Shown piece after piece: positions 1 through 7,837 of a stretch of 32,000 nt of DNA. Position 1 is the stretch's first letter. Each line of letters begins with the position of its first letter. The stretch is from NCBI GenBank assembly GCA_018623135.1, contig JAAZVW010000006.1, positions 21,838 to 53,837 of the forward strand, in the 5' to 3' direction. The notes beneath the pieces are model-generated. The model was not told the DNA's origin, did no database searches, and saw only the letters and a list, made by a program, of their open reading frames with translations. The position numbers and the translations under genes were made by a program. This DNA is from Pseudomonadota bacterium. GTDB lineage: Bacteria > Pseudomonadota > Alphaproteobacteria > UBA1280 > JAAZVW01.

Positions 1-2
1 GT

Positions 3-380
3 TTATTAGGTGTTACGCTCTTTTTTGTGGCAGATGTGCACCATCTGGTCATACAAGCTTTTGTCGAAAGTTACCAAGTTTTCCCTCCTGGTAAGGTGCC
101 TTATATGGGGGATACTGTACAGGCTATTATTAAATTGATGAGCGATATTTTTGTGGTAGGTGTTAAGCTTTCTGCGCCTGTTGTTGCTGTTGGCTACCTT
201 ATTTATGTTGCCTTTGGTGTGCTTAATAGATTAGTGCCACAGATGCAAGTGTTCTTTATTACCATGCCGCTTGCGGTCGCTGTAGGTATTTTTGTACTAA
301 CACTTAGTCTTTCTGCTATGTTAACCTTGTTTATGGACGAAATGATTAATCATGCGGTGATATTTGAAAATGAATATTAA
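3..380 (+). CDS. fliR: Flagellar type III export-gate protein FliR, C-terminal part (5' end lies upstream of the window)
   Basis: The frame is open from nt 3 (LLGVTLFFVADVHH...), so the GTG at 27 in the ORF track is internal. The sequence is very hydrophobic and polytopic, ending ...GVLNRLVPQMQVFFITMPLAVAVGIFVL..., which is typical of the FliR/SctT C-terminal region. A FliX-like gene follows with a 17-nt overlap, favouring a flagellar rather than injectisome role. Confidence 0.7.
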   Translation, partial: LLGVTLFFVADVHHLVIQAFVESYQVFPPGKVPYMGDTVQAIIKLMSDIFVVGVKLSAPVVAVGYLIYVAFGVLNRLVPQMQVFFITMPLAVAVGIFVLTLSLSAMLTLFMDEMINHAVIFENEY

Positions 381-795
381 AGTTACAGGCCCTAATAAAA
401 CAACGGCAACAGATAAAACAAAAAAGACGAATAAGCCTTCATCTACGGATGCATCTGCTTTTTCTTCTATGGTTGAATCTGCGCAATCTGTTGATGCTGT
501 TGAAGAAAAACAGCAGTTTTCTGGTAGTGCTCAGCAAACATATATTCCTGAAGCAGAAAACAAAGTACCAGAAGATACAGGTGGGCGTTTAGAGTTTTTG
601 TTAGATCAATTGCAAGAACTAGAAAAAGATATTCTTTCAGGTAATGAAACGCGTGCACTTGAGCGTATTAAAGAGGCACTCAAAACAACAGCTAAAGATA
701 AAGATGCTATGCCAGCGCAGGTGCAAGAGCTTATGGATGAAGTTGAAGCACGTGCTGAAATTGAAGTTGCTAAAATGGAAGCGGCTAAAAAGTAA
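364..795 (+). CDS. fliX: FliX-like class II flagellar assembly regulator (alphaproteobacterial type); otherwise hypothetical
   Basis: 143 aa. It starts MNIKVTGPNK, continues with a low-complexity Thr/Ser/Lys stretch, and ends in an acidic helical C-terminus (LLDQLQELEKDILSG...MDEVEARAEIEVAKMEAAKK). This layout matches my memory of FliX (MKV(S/T)GP start, E-x-RA-x-VE-x-AK tail). It was not searched. It overlaps the fliR stop. Confidence 0.5.
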   Translation: MKMNIKVTGPNKTTATDKTKKTNKPSSTDASAFSSMVESAQSVDAVEEKQQFSGSAQQTYIPEAENKVPEDTGGRLEFLLDQLQELEKDILSGNETRALERIKEALKTTAKDKDAMPAQVQELMDEVEARAEIEVAKMEAAKK

Positions 796-839
796 TAACT
801 TATAAAATATGGTTTATGAGTATATAGAACATAAAAAAT

Positions 840-863
840 CCCCGCGATTAGCGGGGTTTTTTT
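840..863 (+). terminator. Rho-independent terminator after the fliR/fliX-like unit
   Basis: CCCCGC-gatta-GCGGGG hairpin followed by TTTTTTT. Confidence 0.8.
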
Positions 864-1008
864 ATGTGATGAGGGTTAATCTCATTTAAATGAGGATGAG
901 GCTATAAGCAAATTGACTTAACAGAAGTATGGTTTTTTGTTGCCAAAAAAGTGATTGTATACTAGTGTTTGTGTGATTTATCCATTCCGTTTACTATAAG
1001 GATCTCTT

Positions 1009-1458
1009 ATGAATGAGCACCCTGCTATATTCATTTTACCGACTGTTGTTATAACAGTTGTTCTGTTGACTTTGGCATTTTATGTTTTTGTGCTGCCTGT
1101 TATTAATGGCAGATTTAAACACAAACAGGAAGAAGCCACTTACTATATGCGTGCGGCCCAACGGCTCAGACGTAATATAAACCTGATTGTTTCTCAAGAA
1201 TCAAAGAAAGAAAAACCAGATAAAATGGTTATTATGAATGCCATTTTTGAAAGTGAGGCGAGCACATCGCGTTTGGTTTTTGTACCTTACATTTGGGCAT
1301 TGCCTCAATTTGATAAAATTAACACTTTGGTTGAAGAGCCACTTATTAAAAAGCAGCAACTGGGTGATGAAACTTATTATGTTTATGATCACGAAAACAG
1401 TACTCAAATAGCAGAGCTGTATCTTCAATACATGCAATCTTCTTCTGAAAAAAAGTAA
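1009..1458 (+). CDS. Hypothetical protein with an N-terminal transmembrane anchor
   Basis: 149-aa ORF. It has a hydrophobic helix (IFILPTVVITVVLLTLAFYVFVLPVI) followed by a soluble region with no motif I recognise. It is bracketed by terminators at 840..863 and 1512..1544. Confidence 0.55.
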   Translation: MNEHPAIFILPTVVITVVLLTLAFYVFVLPVINGRFKHKQEEATYYMRAAQRLRRNINLIVSQESKKEKPDKMVIMNAIFESEASTSRLVFVPYIWALPQFDKINTLVEEPLIKKQQLGDETYYVYDHENSTQIAELYLQYMQSSSEKK

Positions 1459-1511
1459 GTTTTTATGGAATGTTTTAATTTATGCTAAGTTAAAAAATAA
1501 CCTTTAAACGT

Positions 1512-1544
1512 AAAGCCCCCACTCCTAAAAGTGGGGGCTTTTTT
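1512..1544. terminator. Bidirectional rho-independent terminator between ORF 1009..1458 (+) and ffh (-)
   Basis: GCCCCCAC-tcctaaaa-GTGGGGGC hairpin with AAA upstream and TTTTTT downstream. Confidence 0.85.
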
Positions 1545-1554
1545 GTGAATACTC

Positions 1555-2916
1555 TTAAATTTTAGGCATTTTAGGCATGCCAGGTATTTTACCCATCATA
1601 TTCATCATGCCGCCCATGCCCATTTTTTTGACCATCTTCATCATTTTTTGCATTTGCTGATATTGTTTCATAAGCTTATTAATATCATTTACAGAAACAC
1701 CAGCGCCTTTTGCGATGCGGCGTTTGCGCTTCATATTGAGTAGGGATGGGTTTTTACGTTCTTGTTTTGTCATAGAATCAATAATAGCAACCTGATGAAC
1801 GATGACTTTATCATCTAGTTTGGAAGGATCCATTTTATTTTTCATGCCACCCATGCCAGGCATCATATTCATAATAGATTCCATAGAGCCCATTTTTTGG
1901 ATTTGTTTAAGCTGGGAACGTAAGTCTTCCATAGTAAAAATGCCCTTAGACATTTTTTCAGCTGTTTTCATAGCTTCTTCTTCGCCCATCACCTCTTGTG
2001 CTTTTTCAACAAGAGAAACCACGTCGCCCATACCTAAAATGCGGTTGGCCACACGGTCTGGATGGAAAGGTGAAATGGCATCCATACCTTCACCAGTACC
2101 AATAAATTTAATAGGTTGCCCAGTTACTTCTCGCATAGAAAGGGCAGCTCCACCGCGGCCATCACCATCTACACGTGTTAAGCAAATACCTGTTACGCCA
2201 ATTTCTTGGTTAAATGTGTCAGCTACTTTAACAGCGACCTGACCTGTAAGTGAATCTGCAACTAAAAGCGTTTCAGTCGGTTGTGCAACTTCTTTTACCG
2301 CTTTAAGTTCTGCCATAAGTTCTTCGTCTATTTCTAGACGACCTGCGGTATCTAAAAAGAGGACATCAACAGCAGATTTTTTAGCAGTATCAATTGCGCG
2401 TTTAGCAATTTCAACAGGTTTTTGCCCTTTAATAATTTCAAGCCCTAGTGTGCCTGTACGTTCTGCAAGTGTTTGTAGTTGTTCTTGGGCTGCGGGGCGA
2501 TAAATATCAAGCGATGCAAGCATCACCTTTTTGTTTTGCTTTTCTTTAAGGTATTTTGCAAGCTTACCTGTTGTTGTTGTTTTACCTGAGCCTTGTAGAC
2601 CCGTCATTAAAATAACAACAGGAGGCTGGGCGCGTAAATTAAGCTCTTCGCCTTCACCTAATACTTCAATAAGACAATCATTAACAACTTTTACAATTTG
2701 CTGGTCGGGGCGAATTGATTTAATCACCTCTTCACCTAAGGCACGCTCTTTTACTAAATTCATCACACGTTTTACAACGGGTAGAGCCACATCGGCTTCT
2801 AGTAAAGCCATGCGGATATCGCGTGATGCTATTTTAATGTCTTCTTCCGTTAAGCGCCCGCGGCCTGCCAATTTATCAAAGGTATGCTTTAAACGATCAG
2901 AAAGTTGCTGAAACAT
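1555..2916 (-). CDS. ffh: Signal recognition particle protein Ffh (SRP54)
   Basis: 453 aa. The SRP-GTPase G domain shows GLQGSGKTTT (P-loop), DTAGR and TRVDGDGRGGAA. The M domain and tail are Met-rich (MGMGGMMNMMGKIPGMPKMP). RBS AGGTGAG lies before the ATG at 2916. Confidence 0.97.
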   Translation of the reverse strand: MFQQLSDRLKHTFDKLAGRGRLTEEDIKIASRDIRMALLEADVALPVVKRVMNLVKERALGEEVIKSIRPDQQIVKVVNDCLIEVLGEGEELNLRAQPPVVILMTGLQGSGKTTTTGKLAKYLKEKQNKKVMLASLDIYRPAAQEQLQTLAERTGTLGLEIIKGQKPVEIAKRAIDTAKKSAVDVLFLDTAGRLEIDEELMAELKAVKEVAQPTETLLVADSLTGQVAVKVADTFNQEIGVTGICLTRVDGDGRGGAALSMREVTGQPIKFIGTGEGMDAISPFHPDRVANRILGMGDVVSLVEKAQEVMGEEEAMKTAEKMSKGIFTMEDLRSQLKQIQKMGSMESIMNMMPGMGGMKNKMDPSKLDDKVIVHQVAIIDSMTKQERKNPSLLNMKRKRRIAKGAGVSVNDINKLMKQYQQMQKMMKMVKKMGMGGMMNMMGKIPGMPKMPKI

Positions 2917-3016
2917 GTCTCACCTGCTTTTGTATCTTATATTTTCATAAACTATTTGCCTTAACCTACTATAAAAGAGGATAAAAAGGTAGTGAAACTT
3001 AACCTCTTTTGCTAAT

Positions 3017-3856
3017 ATGTCGCTTATGAAAACAAAAATATACTTATTCTTATTGTGTGTGCTCACCTTAACTGCGGTGCAGGTAAGGGCAGCCAACCCT
3101 GTTGCAACTGTTGACCCTACTGTGATGTCAGCAGAAGTTATTACACCTAAAATGTTCCCAGAATTTTTGGCAGAGCGTGGTTATAAAAATCAAGCTATTC
3201 AGGAATGGCTTAAAATGGCCTACCATAGTAGAGATCCGCGTAATGTTGCTAAGGCTTGGTGGCATGTAGGCATGCTGCACTTAGAGCAAAAAGAATATGA
3301 GAAAGCTTTGCTGGCCTTACAAGATTTTGGGCAAGAAGCTGCTGATAAAGATAAAATAGATGAAGCGATGTATTGGATGGCTTACGCCTCTTTAAAACAA
3401 AATCGTAGCGCCGATGCGCAGGTGTACCTTGAGCGTCTACAATCACAAAAAAGCCCATGGGGTGCTAAGTTGAAAGATCTCATTGCATGGGAAAAAGCAA
3501 AAAAAGGTGATACGCCTACAGGTTCTGAACAGCTTGATGCTCGTTTAGCTAAGGTACGTGATTTTAGTCCTTATGTTGCAGTGGTACTTAACTTTATACC
3601 TGGAGCTGGCTATTTGTATCTTACAGATTGGCGCACAGCGCTTATGAGCTTCTTTTTAGTTATGCTTATGGTTTGGGGTGTTTATTTTACACTTAAGCAA
3701 AAAGCTTGGGGCGCTACAGTTGTATTTGGTTTTGTGTTGTCATCTATTTATATGGGACAAATTTTTGGTGCATATTCATTGGCAAAGCGTGAAAATTTAG
3801 AACTTAAACAAGCGGCTATGTCTGTTTGGCATGATCTAAAGCCTTTGGAGAAATAA
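3017..3856 (+). CDS. Signal-peptide protein with a TPR-like helical region and three C-terminal TM helices (function unknown)
   Basis: The N-terminus MKTKIYLFLLCVLTLTAVQVRA looks like a signal peptide (the start could be 3017 or 3026). TPR-like repeats follow (AKAWWHVGMLHLEQKEYEKALLAL..., EAMYWMAYASLKQNRSADAQVYLERL). The C-terminus carries an FIPGAGYLYL motif and three hydrophobic helices. Its stop is 1 nt before the next start. Confidence 0.6.
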   Translation: MSLMKTKIYLFLLCVLTLTAVQVRAANPVATVDPTVMSAEVITPKMFPEFLAERGYKNQAIQEWLKMAYHSRDPRNVAKAWWHVGMLHLEQKEYEKALLALQDFGQEAADKDKIDEAMYWMAYASLKQNRSADAQVYLERLQSQKSPWGAKLKDLIAWEKAKKGDTPTGSEQLDARLAKVRDFSPYVAVVLNFIPGAGYLYLTDWRTALMSFFLVMLMVWGVYFTLKQKAWGATVVFGFVLSSIYMGQIFGAYSLAKRENLELKQAAMSVWHDLKPLEK

Positions 3857-3857
3857 A

Positions 3858-4208
3858 ATGCCGAGGCCTTGGCTTTATGGATTCTTTATAGCTGTTGTAT
3901 TTGGTGCTTTTTTTGGCTATTTTTCAGCCGAAAAAGGTGTTGGCCAAACGGCGCTTAAATTATATAGCCAAAGTTTAAGCCAAATAGATGGCGATCGTTG
4001 TTCGGGTTATCCTGTATGTAGTCAGTATGCAAAACAGGCTTTTGATGCCCATGGTGGTTTTGTGGCGACAGCTTTTATGGTGGATAGGCTTTTAAGAGAG
4101 TGGCGTGAAATTTCGGATCCAAAACGTCGTATTTTTGCAGAAGGTAAGCCACGTTTTTCTGATAGGCTATCACGTAATGATTTTTGGCTAAAAAAGCAAA
4201 GTAATTAA
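3858..4208 (+). CDS. YidD-family (membrane protein insertion efficiency factor)-like protein with an extra N-terminal TM helix and a basic C-terminal extension
   Basis: ALKLYSQSLSQIDGDRCSGYPVCSQYAKQAFDAHGGF aligns by eye with the YidD core (E. coli: [35 protein letters not shown]). This gives the C-x2-P-x-CS-x-Y...A...HG pattern. The gene is 116 aa, with 1-nt gaps to both neighbours. Confidence 0.6.
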   Translation: MPRPWLYGFFIAVVFGAFFGYFSAEKGVGQTALKLYSQSLSQIDGDRCSGYPVCSQYAKQAFDAHGGFVATAFMVDRLLREWREISDPKRRIFAEGKPRFSDRLSRNDFWLKKQSN

Positions 4209-4209
4209 A

Positions 4210-4599
4210 GTGATGAAATATCAAGAACATCAACCTAAAGGGTTTACACTTATAGAGGTTGTTATTGCGCTTTCTGTTGTAAGTATTTTACTTGTTTCTT
4301 TAGTGGCGCAACAGTCTAAAGCGGTGAATTCTACAGCTTATTTAACAGAAAAAATGGTTGCAGATATTGTAGCTAAAAATGTATTAGATGAACATAGGTT
4401 ACGCCTTGATAAGCTTTTAAAAGCTCCTGTGAGCAACAAAACTGAAAATATTGAGATGGCAGGTTATGTTTTTAGGGTAGAAAAAAAAGTGCTACCAGCA
4501 GCTTTGCCGGGGTTAAAAAAAATAGTAGTAGATGTTTACGCTGCGGATGAAAATCGTAAAGCATCATTAAGAACATTAGATTTATACGTAGGGGACTAA
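4210..4599 (+). CDS. Prepilin-type N-terminal cleavage/methylation-motif protein, GspI-like minor pseudopilin
   Basis: KGFTLIEVVIALSVVSILLV is the classic G-F-T-L-I-E prepilin motif plus hydrophobic helix. The 129-aa size and the C-terminal ...LRTLDLYV resemble T2SS GspI. The start is GTG 4210 or ATG 4213. Confidence 0.6.
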   Translation: MMKYQEHQPKGFTLIEVVIALSVVSILLVSLVAQQSKAVNSTAYLTEKMVADIVAKNVLDEHRLRLDKLLKAPVSNKTENIEMAGYVFRVEKKVLPAALPGLKKIVVDVYAADENRKASLRTLDLYVGD

Positions 4600-4600
4600 C

Positions 4601-5512
4601 ATGAGCATTTTTCAGCGTATTAAGCAGGGGCTAAAAAAATCAACAGATTCCTTGTCTCAAGGATTAACGGAACTTTTTACGCATAAGCGTTTAGATGATG
4701 AGGCATTGGAAACGCTAGAAGAGGCACTTATTCAAGCGGATATGGGTGTTGAAGCTTCTCTTGCGTTGGTAGAGCAATTACGCCAAGAAAAATTTGAAAA
4801 AGAAATTACAGAACAAGAAATTCGTGAATTTTTGGCACAGCGTATTGCTCAAAACTTAAAAGCACATGAAAAGCCATTGGAGCTTGGTACAGCTTCGCCA
4901 GCTGTTTTGTTAATGATAGGTGTAAATGGTGCAGGTAAAACAACAAGTATTGGTAAACTGGCGCAAAAATATAAGCAAGAAGGTAAAAAAGTTTTGCTTG
5001 CAGCGGGTGATACTTTTAGGGCTGGTGCTGTAGAACAGCTTGCTGTGTGGTCTGACCGTGCAGATGTACCGGTGATTAAGCCAGAAAAAGAAGGTCAAGA
5101 CCCTGCATCTGTTATATTTAAAGCGATTGAACATGCTAAGGCAGAAAATTATGATGTGGTGATTTGCGATACAGCAGGGCGTTTACAAAATAGGCAAGAT
5201 TTAATGGCTCAGCTTGAAAAGATATTACGTGTTATAAAAAAAGCAGATGAAACAGCTCCTCACGCTTCGGTTTTAGTGCTTGATGGTACATCTGGACAGA
5301 ATATTTTATCTCAGGCAGAAACTTTTGCAAAAGCGGCTTCCGTAACAGGGTTAATTATTACGAAGCTTGATAGTACTGCTAAGGGTGGCGCAATTGTTGC
5401 CCTTGCAGAAAAGCAAAAGCTGCCGATTCATTATATAGGTGTGGGTGAAAGTATAGAAGATTTAAAACCTTTTGAGGCAAATGCCTATGCGCAGGCTTTA
5501 TTAGATATTTAA
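4601..5512 (+). CDS. ftsY: Signal recognition particle receptor FtsY (NG-domain form)
   Basis: 303 aa with GVNGAGKTTSIGKLA, CDTAGRLQN and ITKLDSTAKGGA motifs of the SRP-GTPase family. RBS GGGGA precedes the ATG. Confidence 0.95.
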   Translation: MSIFQRIKQGLKKSTDSLSQGLTELFTHKRLDDEALETLEEALIQADMGVEASLALVEQLRQEKFEKEITEQEIREFLAQRIAQNLKAHEKPLELGTASPAVLLMIGVNGAGKTTSIGKLAQKYKQEGKKVLLAAGDTFRAGAVEQLAVWSDRADVPVIKPEKEGQDPASVIFKAIEHAKAENYDVVICDTAGRLQNRQDLMAQLEKILRVIKKADETAPHASVLVLDGTSGQNILSQAETFAKAASVTGLIITKLDSTAKGGAIVALAEKQKLPIHYIGVGESIEDLKPFEANAYAQALLDI

Positions 5513-5533
5513 TAAACTTAAAGCATATAAAGC

Positions 5534-5562
5534 AAAAAGGCTCCTTAACGGAGCCTTTTTTT
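5534..5562. terminator. Bidirectional rho-independent terminator (ftsY operon / ORF 5567..6172)
   Basis: AAAAA-GGCTCC-ttaac-GGAGCC-TTTTTTT. Confidence 0.85.
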
Positions 5563-5566
5563 GGAG

Positions 5567-6172
5567 TTAATCGTTTAAAAAGAATTTTATTTGCAAGGCT
5601 TTGGAAAATGCTAACCACATTTGAGCGCGATTGCTAATAGGAATGTAAGTATTTGAATAAGCAGCGCAAATAGAGATGTGTTGTGGTATTTGTTCCAAAT
5701 CATCGGCTTCTGTCGTTTTAACCAAATATTCCATAATAATCAGCTGCTGCAATTCTTCTTCATGGCTGAAGCGCATGTATTGACCAGTTGTACTACGGAG
5801 TAAGGATTCTGGTTTATTGTTTGCAGATAAAAACCGAGCAAGTTTGGCTCTGTTAGACCACTCTTTTTTAAGATTTTTACGAAGTACGCTCAGGTGTTCT
5901 GCGTAAATTTCAGACGAGCTGAGTTTGTAAATAATCATTTCATTTAAAAGAGTAAGCAGAGCAGGTTGTAACTTTTTCCAGAACGTGATTCGGGTAATGA
6001 ATCCATTTTTACGCTCTGGTAAAAGGGTTATGTAATTTTTAAAATATACATCTAAAAGACCAGAATAAATATTAGGTTGCTCAAGTGATAAGCCATTTAA
6101 AACAGCCTGAATATCTTGCGCAATACGAGTTGCTTGTGTTTCAGACTTGGCTTGGGATTGAGAGCTAAGCAT
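5567..6172 (-). CDS. Hypothetical helical protein (201 aa), divergent paralogue of ORF 6295..7086
   Basis: I place the start at ATG 6172 (MLSSQSQ..., RBS AGAGG). The longer track ORF (to 6298) runs through the upstream gene's terminator. No known motif was found. It shares colinear motifs with the neighbouring gene (see findings). Confidence 0.6.
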   Translation of the reverse strand: MLSSQSQAKSETQATRIAQDIQAVLNGLSLEQPNIYSGLLDVYFKNYITLLPERKNGFITRITFWKKLQPALLTLLNEMIIYKLSSSEIYAEHLSVLRKNLKKEWSNRAKLARFLSANNKPESLLRSTTGQYMRFSHEEELQQLIIMEYLVKTTEADDLEQIPQHISICAAYSNTYIPISNRAQMWLAFSKALQIKFFLND

Positions 6173-6223
6173 GGGTACCTCTAGGGTTATTAAGTAAAAC
6201 GGTAAATTAAGGTTGGGGGCAGA

Positions 6224-6252
6224 TAAATAGCGGAAATAAAAATACTTTGCAA
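6224..6252 (-). promoter_or_regulatory. Candidate sigma70-type promoter for ORF 5567..6172
   Basis: On the minus strand: TTGCAA, 17 nt, TATTTA, located between the upstream terminator and the ATG at 6172. This is a sequence match only. Confidence 0.3.
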
Positions 6253-6253
6253 T

Positions 6254-6280
6254 AAAAAAACGCCCCGAAGGGCGCTTTTT
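6254..6280 (-). terminator. Rho-independent terminator of ORF 6295..7086
   Basis: The minus strand reads GCGCCC-ttcg-GGGCG followed by TTTTTTT (plus strand AAAAAAA-CGCCC-cgaa-GGGCG-C-TTTTT). It lies 15 nt after the stop. Confidence 0.8.
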
Positions 6281-6294
6281 CTTCTTTCGTGAAA

Positions 6295-7086
6295 TCAACA
6301 GGAAATTTCTGGAAAATGCTGATTGATGTTGTAACAGATGTTCTTAAGCAAATGACCAACAAATATATTCTGTCGCTCAAGTTCCTGAGGTTTTTGCATC
6401 TGTATACCTACAAACCAATCAATGCAGCAATTGCTGAAATCGATGCATAAAGAAAGATCAAGCATAGATGGGTAATCAAGCTTGTTGTCTTTGCTTATGC
6501 TTTCCGCCACCGTTAAGTTTTTTTCCAAAATCGCGTAAGCGGCATCTTCCGGGAAAAGAATCAACTTAAGTGCAGATGCCATTAATACGCTGTCTGCATT
6601 AGGGGCCTTCATAATGCGTGTGCCCAGTTTGTAAAGCTCCTCTTTAAAAAGTGGTGCATGCAAAAAGGGGTAGAGGTCTTGTTTTTGCTTGTTTACATCT
6701 AAGTGAGCGGCAAAATGCTTTTCTGCATAACCAATGAAGATGTCATCACATATTTTTTGATGCTTATTATGAGCACCTTTATGCTTGTCTTCACAGTTAA
6801 GCATTTGGCAATGAGCAAGGGCAGATTGCACAAATAAAGCCAGAAGCTGAACATCTTTATTTTGGTAAAAAACACTATCTTTTTTCCAAAATAGTTTTTC
6901 AAGCTCTTGCAGGCGTAAGCGCAGTTTAAGCTCCTGCTGTTGTGCCATAAAACTACTGCTTTCTGCTAGGCTTAAACAGCCAAGATTTATGCTGTTTTGC
7001 ATAAACTGCAGGCTATTAATAGGCTGTGCGCAGGCTTGAATCCAAGAGTGCGCCATAATAAGCATTGTTTGCATCGCGGTATTCAT
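6295..7086 (-). CDS. Hypothetical helical protein (263 aa) with a Cys/His-rich insertion, paralogue of ORF 5567..6172
   Basis: The ATG at 7086 is preceded by a GAGGT RBS, and the gene has its own terminator. No recognisable domain. Contains AHCQMLNCEDKHKGAHNKHQKIC. Confidence 0.65.
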   Translation of the reverse strand: MNTAMQTMLIMAHSWIQACAQPINSLQFMQNSINLGCLSLAESSSFMAQQQELKLRLRLQELEKLFWKKDSVFYQNKDVQLLALFVQSALAHCQMLNCEDKHKGAHNKHQKICDDIFIGYAEKHFAAHLDVNKQKQDLYPFLHAPLFKEELYKLGTRIMKAPNADSVLMASALKLILFPEDAAYAILEKNLTVAESISKDNKLDYPSMLDLSLCIDFSNCCIDWFVGIQMQKPQELERQNIFVGHLLKNICYNINQHFPEISC

Positions 7087-7276
7087 AAGAATTACCTCGC
7101 TTTAGAGTTAAACCTAAATTAGGGGTAGGTTGTTAAGAAAGGGATACTTTGGTTAACAAGAGGTTATAATACCTAAGTATACAAATTTAAAGAAAGAAAT
7201 GCATCTTTCTTATAAAAAAATATAAATTAGTTTGTAAAACACTTGTAATTTTGTCTCAACCCCCTTAAAAAAGAAC

Positions 7277-7305
7277 TTGCGTTTTTGCGCTAAAACATGT
7301 ATTTA
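7277..7305 (+). promoter_or_regulatory. Candidate sigma70-type promoter for the rpsP operon
   Basis: TTGCGT (7277..7282), 17 nt, TATTTA (7300..7305). This would give a leader of roughly 125 nt. Sequence match only. Confidence 0.3.
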
Positions 7306-7436
7306 CGCATGCATGCTCAAAAAAATGGGCAGTCTTACAAACCTTAAGGTTTTTAAAGATTGCGTTTAGGTTTTAGAGCAATATAAAGAGTTTAAGATTA
7401 ATACAGATACCAGATTAAGGTTACAAGGAGATTAAA

Positions 7437-7823
7437 ATGTCTGTAAAAATTCGTCTAGCCCGTGGTGGTCGTAAAAAGCAACCTTTTTACCAAATCGTAG
7501 TTGCTGATTCTCGTCAAAAGCGTGATGGTCGTTTCCTAGAACGTTTAGGTTACATCAACCCATTACTAAAAGAAGAAGGCGCTCATAAAATTGACGCTGA
7601 ACGTGCAAACTACTGGCTTTCTGTTGGTGCAGAAGTAACTGATAAAGTTGCTCAACTTTTCATTAAAGAAGGTCTAGGTTCAGAAAAACAACGTGCAAAA
7701 TGGCAAGCGGCATTTGACCGTCGTCGTTCAATCGAAGAAGCGCGTCTAGCTGAAGAAAAAGCTAAAGCAGATGCTGAAGCTGCGGCACAAGCTGCAGAAG
7801 CAGAAGAAGCTGCTGCTGAGTAA
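7437..7823 (+). CDS. rpsP: 30S ribosomal protein S16 with an Ala/Glu-rich C-terminal extension
   Basis: [42 protein letters not shown] is canonical S16. The tail reads [24 protein letters not shown] strong RBS AAGGAG is present. Confidence 0.95.
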   Translation: MSVKIRLARGGRKKQPFYQIVVADSRQKRDGRFLERLGYINPLLKEEGAHKIDAERANYWLSVGAEVTDKVAQLFIKEGLGSEKQRAKWQAAFDRRRSIEEARLAEEKAKADAEAAAQAAEAEEAAAE

Positions 7824-7837
7824 ATAAAGTAAATCCT

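Noticed and set aside
809-889. Small ORF (MVYEYIEHKKSPRLAGFFYVMRVNLI) downstream of the FliX-like gene
   Set aside because: It is read straight through the terminator hairpin at 840..863 and has no RBS.
1802-2911. Plus-strand ORFs 1802..2242 (146 aa) and 2531..2911 (126 aa)
   Set aside because: They lie entirely antisense to ffh, whose identity is unambiguous. Their translations are Ser/Pro/Ile-rich mirror-frame artefacts with no motifs.
4601-5512. FtsY lacking the acidic N-terminal A domain
   Set aside because: Short NG-only FtsY proteins are common outside enterobacteria, so this is not anomalous.
5567-6298. The 243-aa version of the ORF starting at 6298
   Set aside because: Its first 42 codons (MISRKKKKRPSGRFF...) are read through the rho-independent terminator of the upstream gene (6254..6280). 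The internal ATG at 6172 has an RBS and a candidate promoter, so I use 5567..6172.
7190-7211. Perfect 8-bp hairpin AAGAAAGA-aatgca-TCTTTCTT in the rpsP upstream spacer
   Set aside because: There is no T-run in the orientation of any upstream gene, so it is not a terminator. The stem is pure A/G versus T/C with low stability. I found no supporting evidence for a regulatory role.
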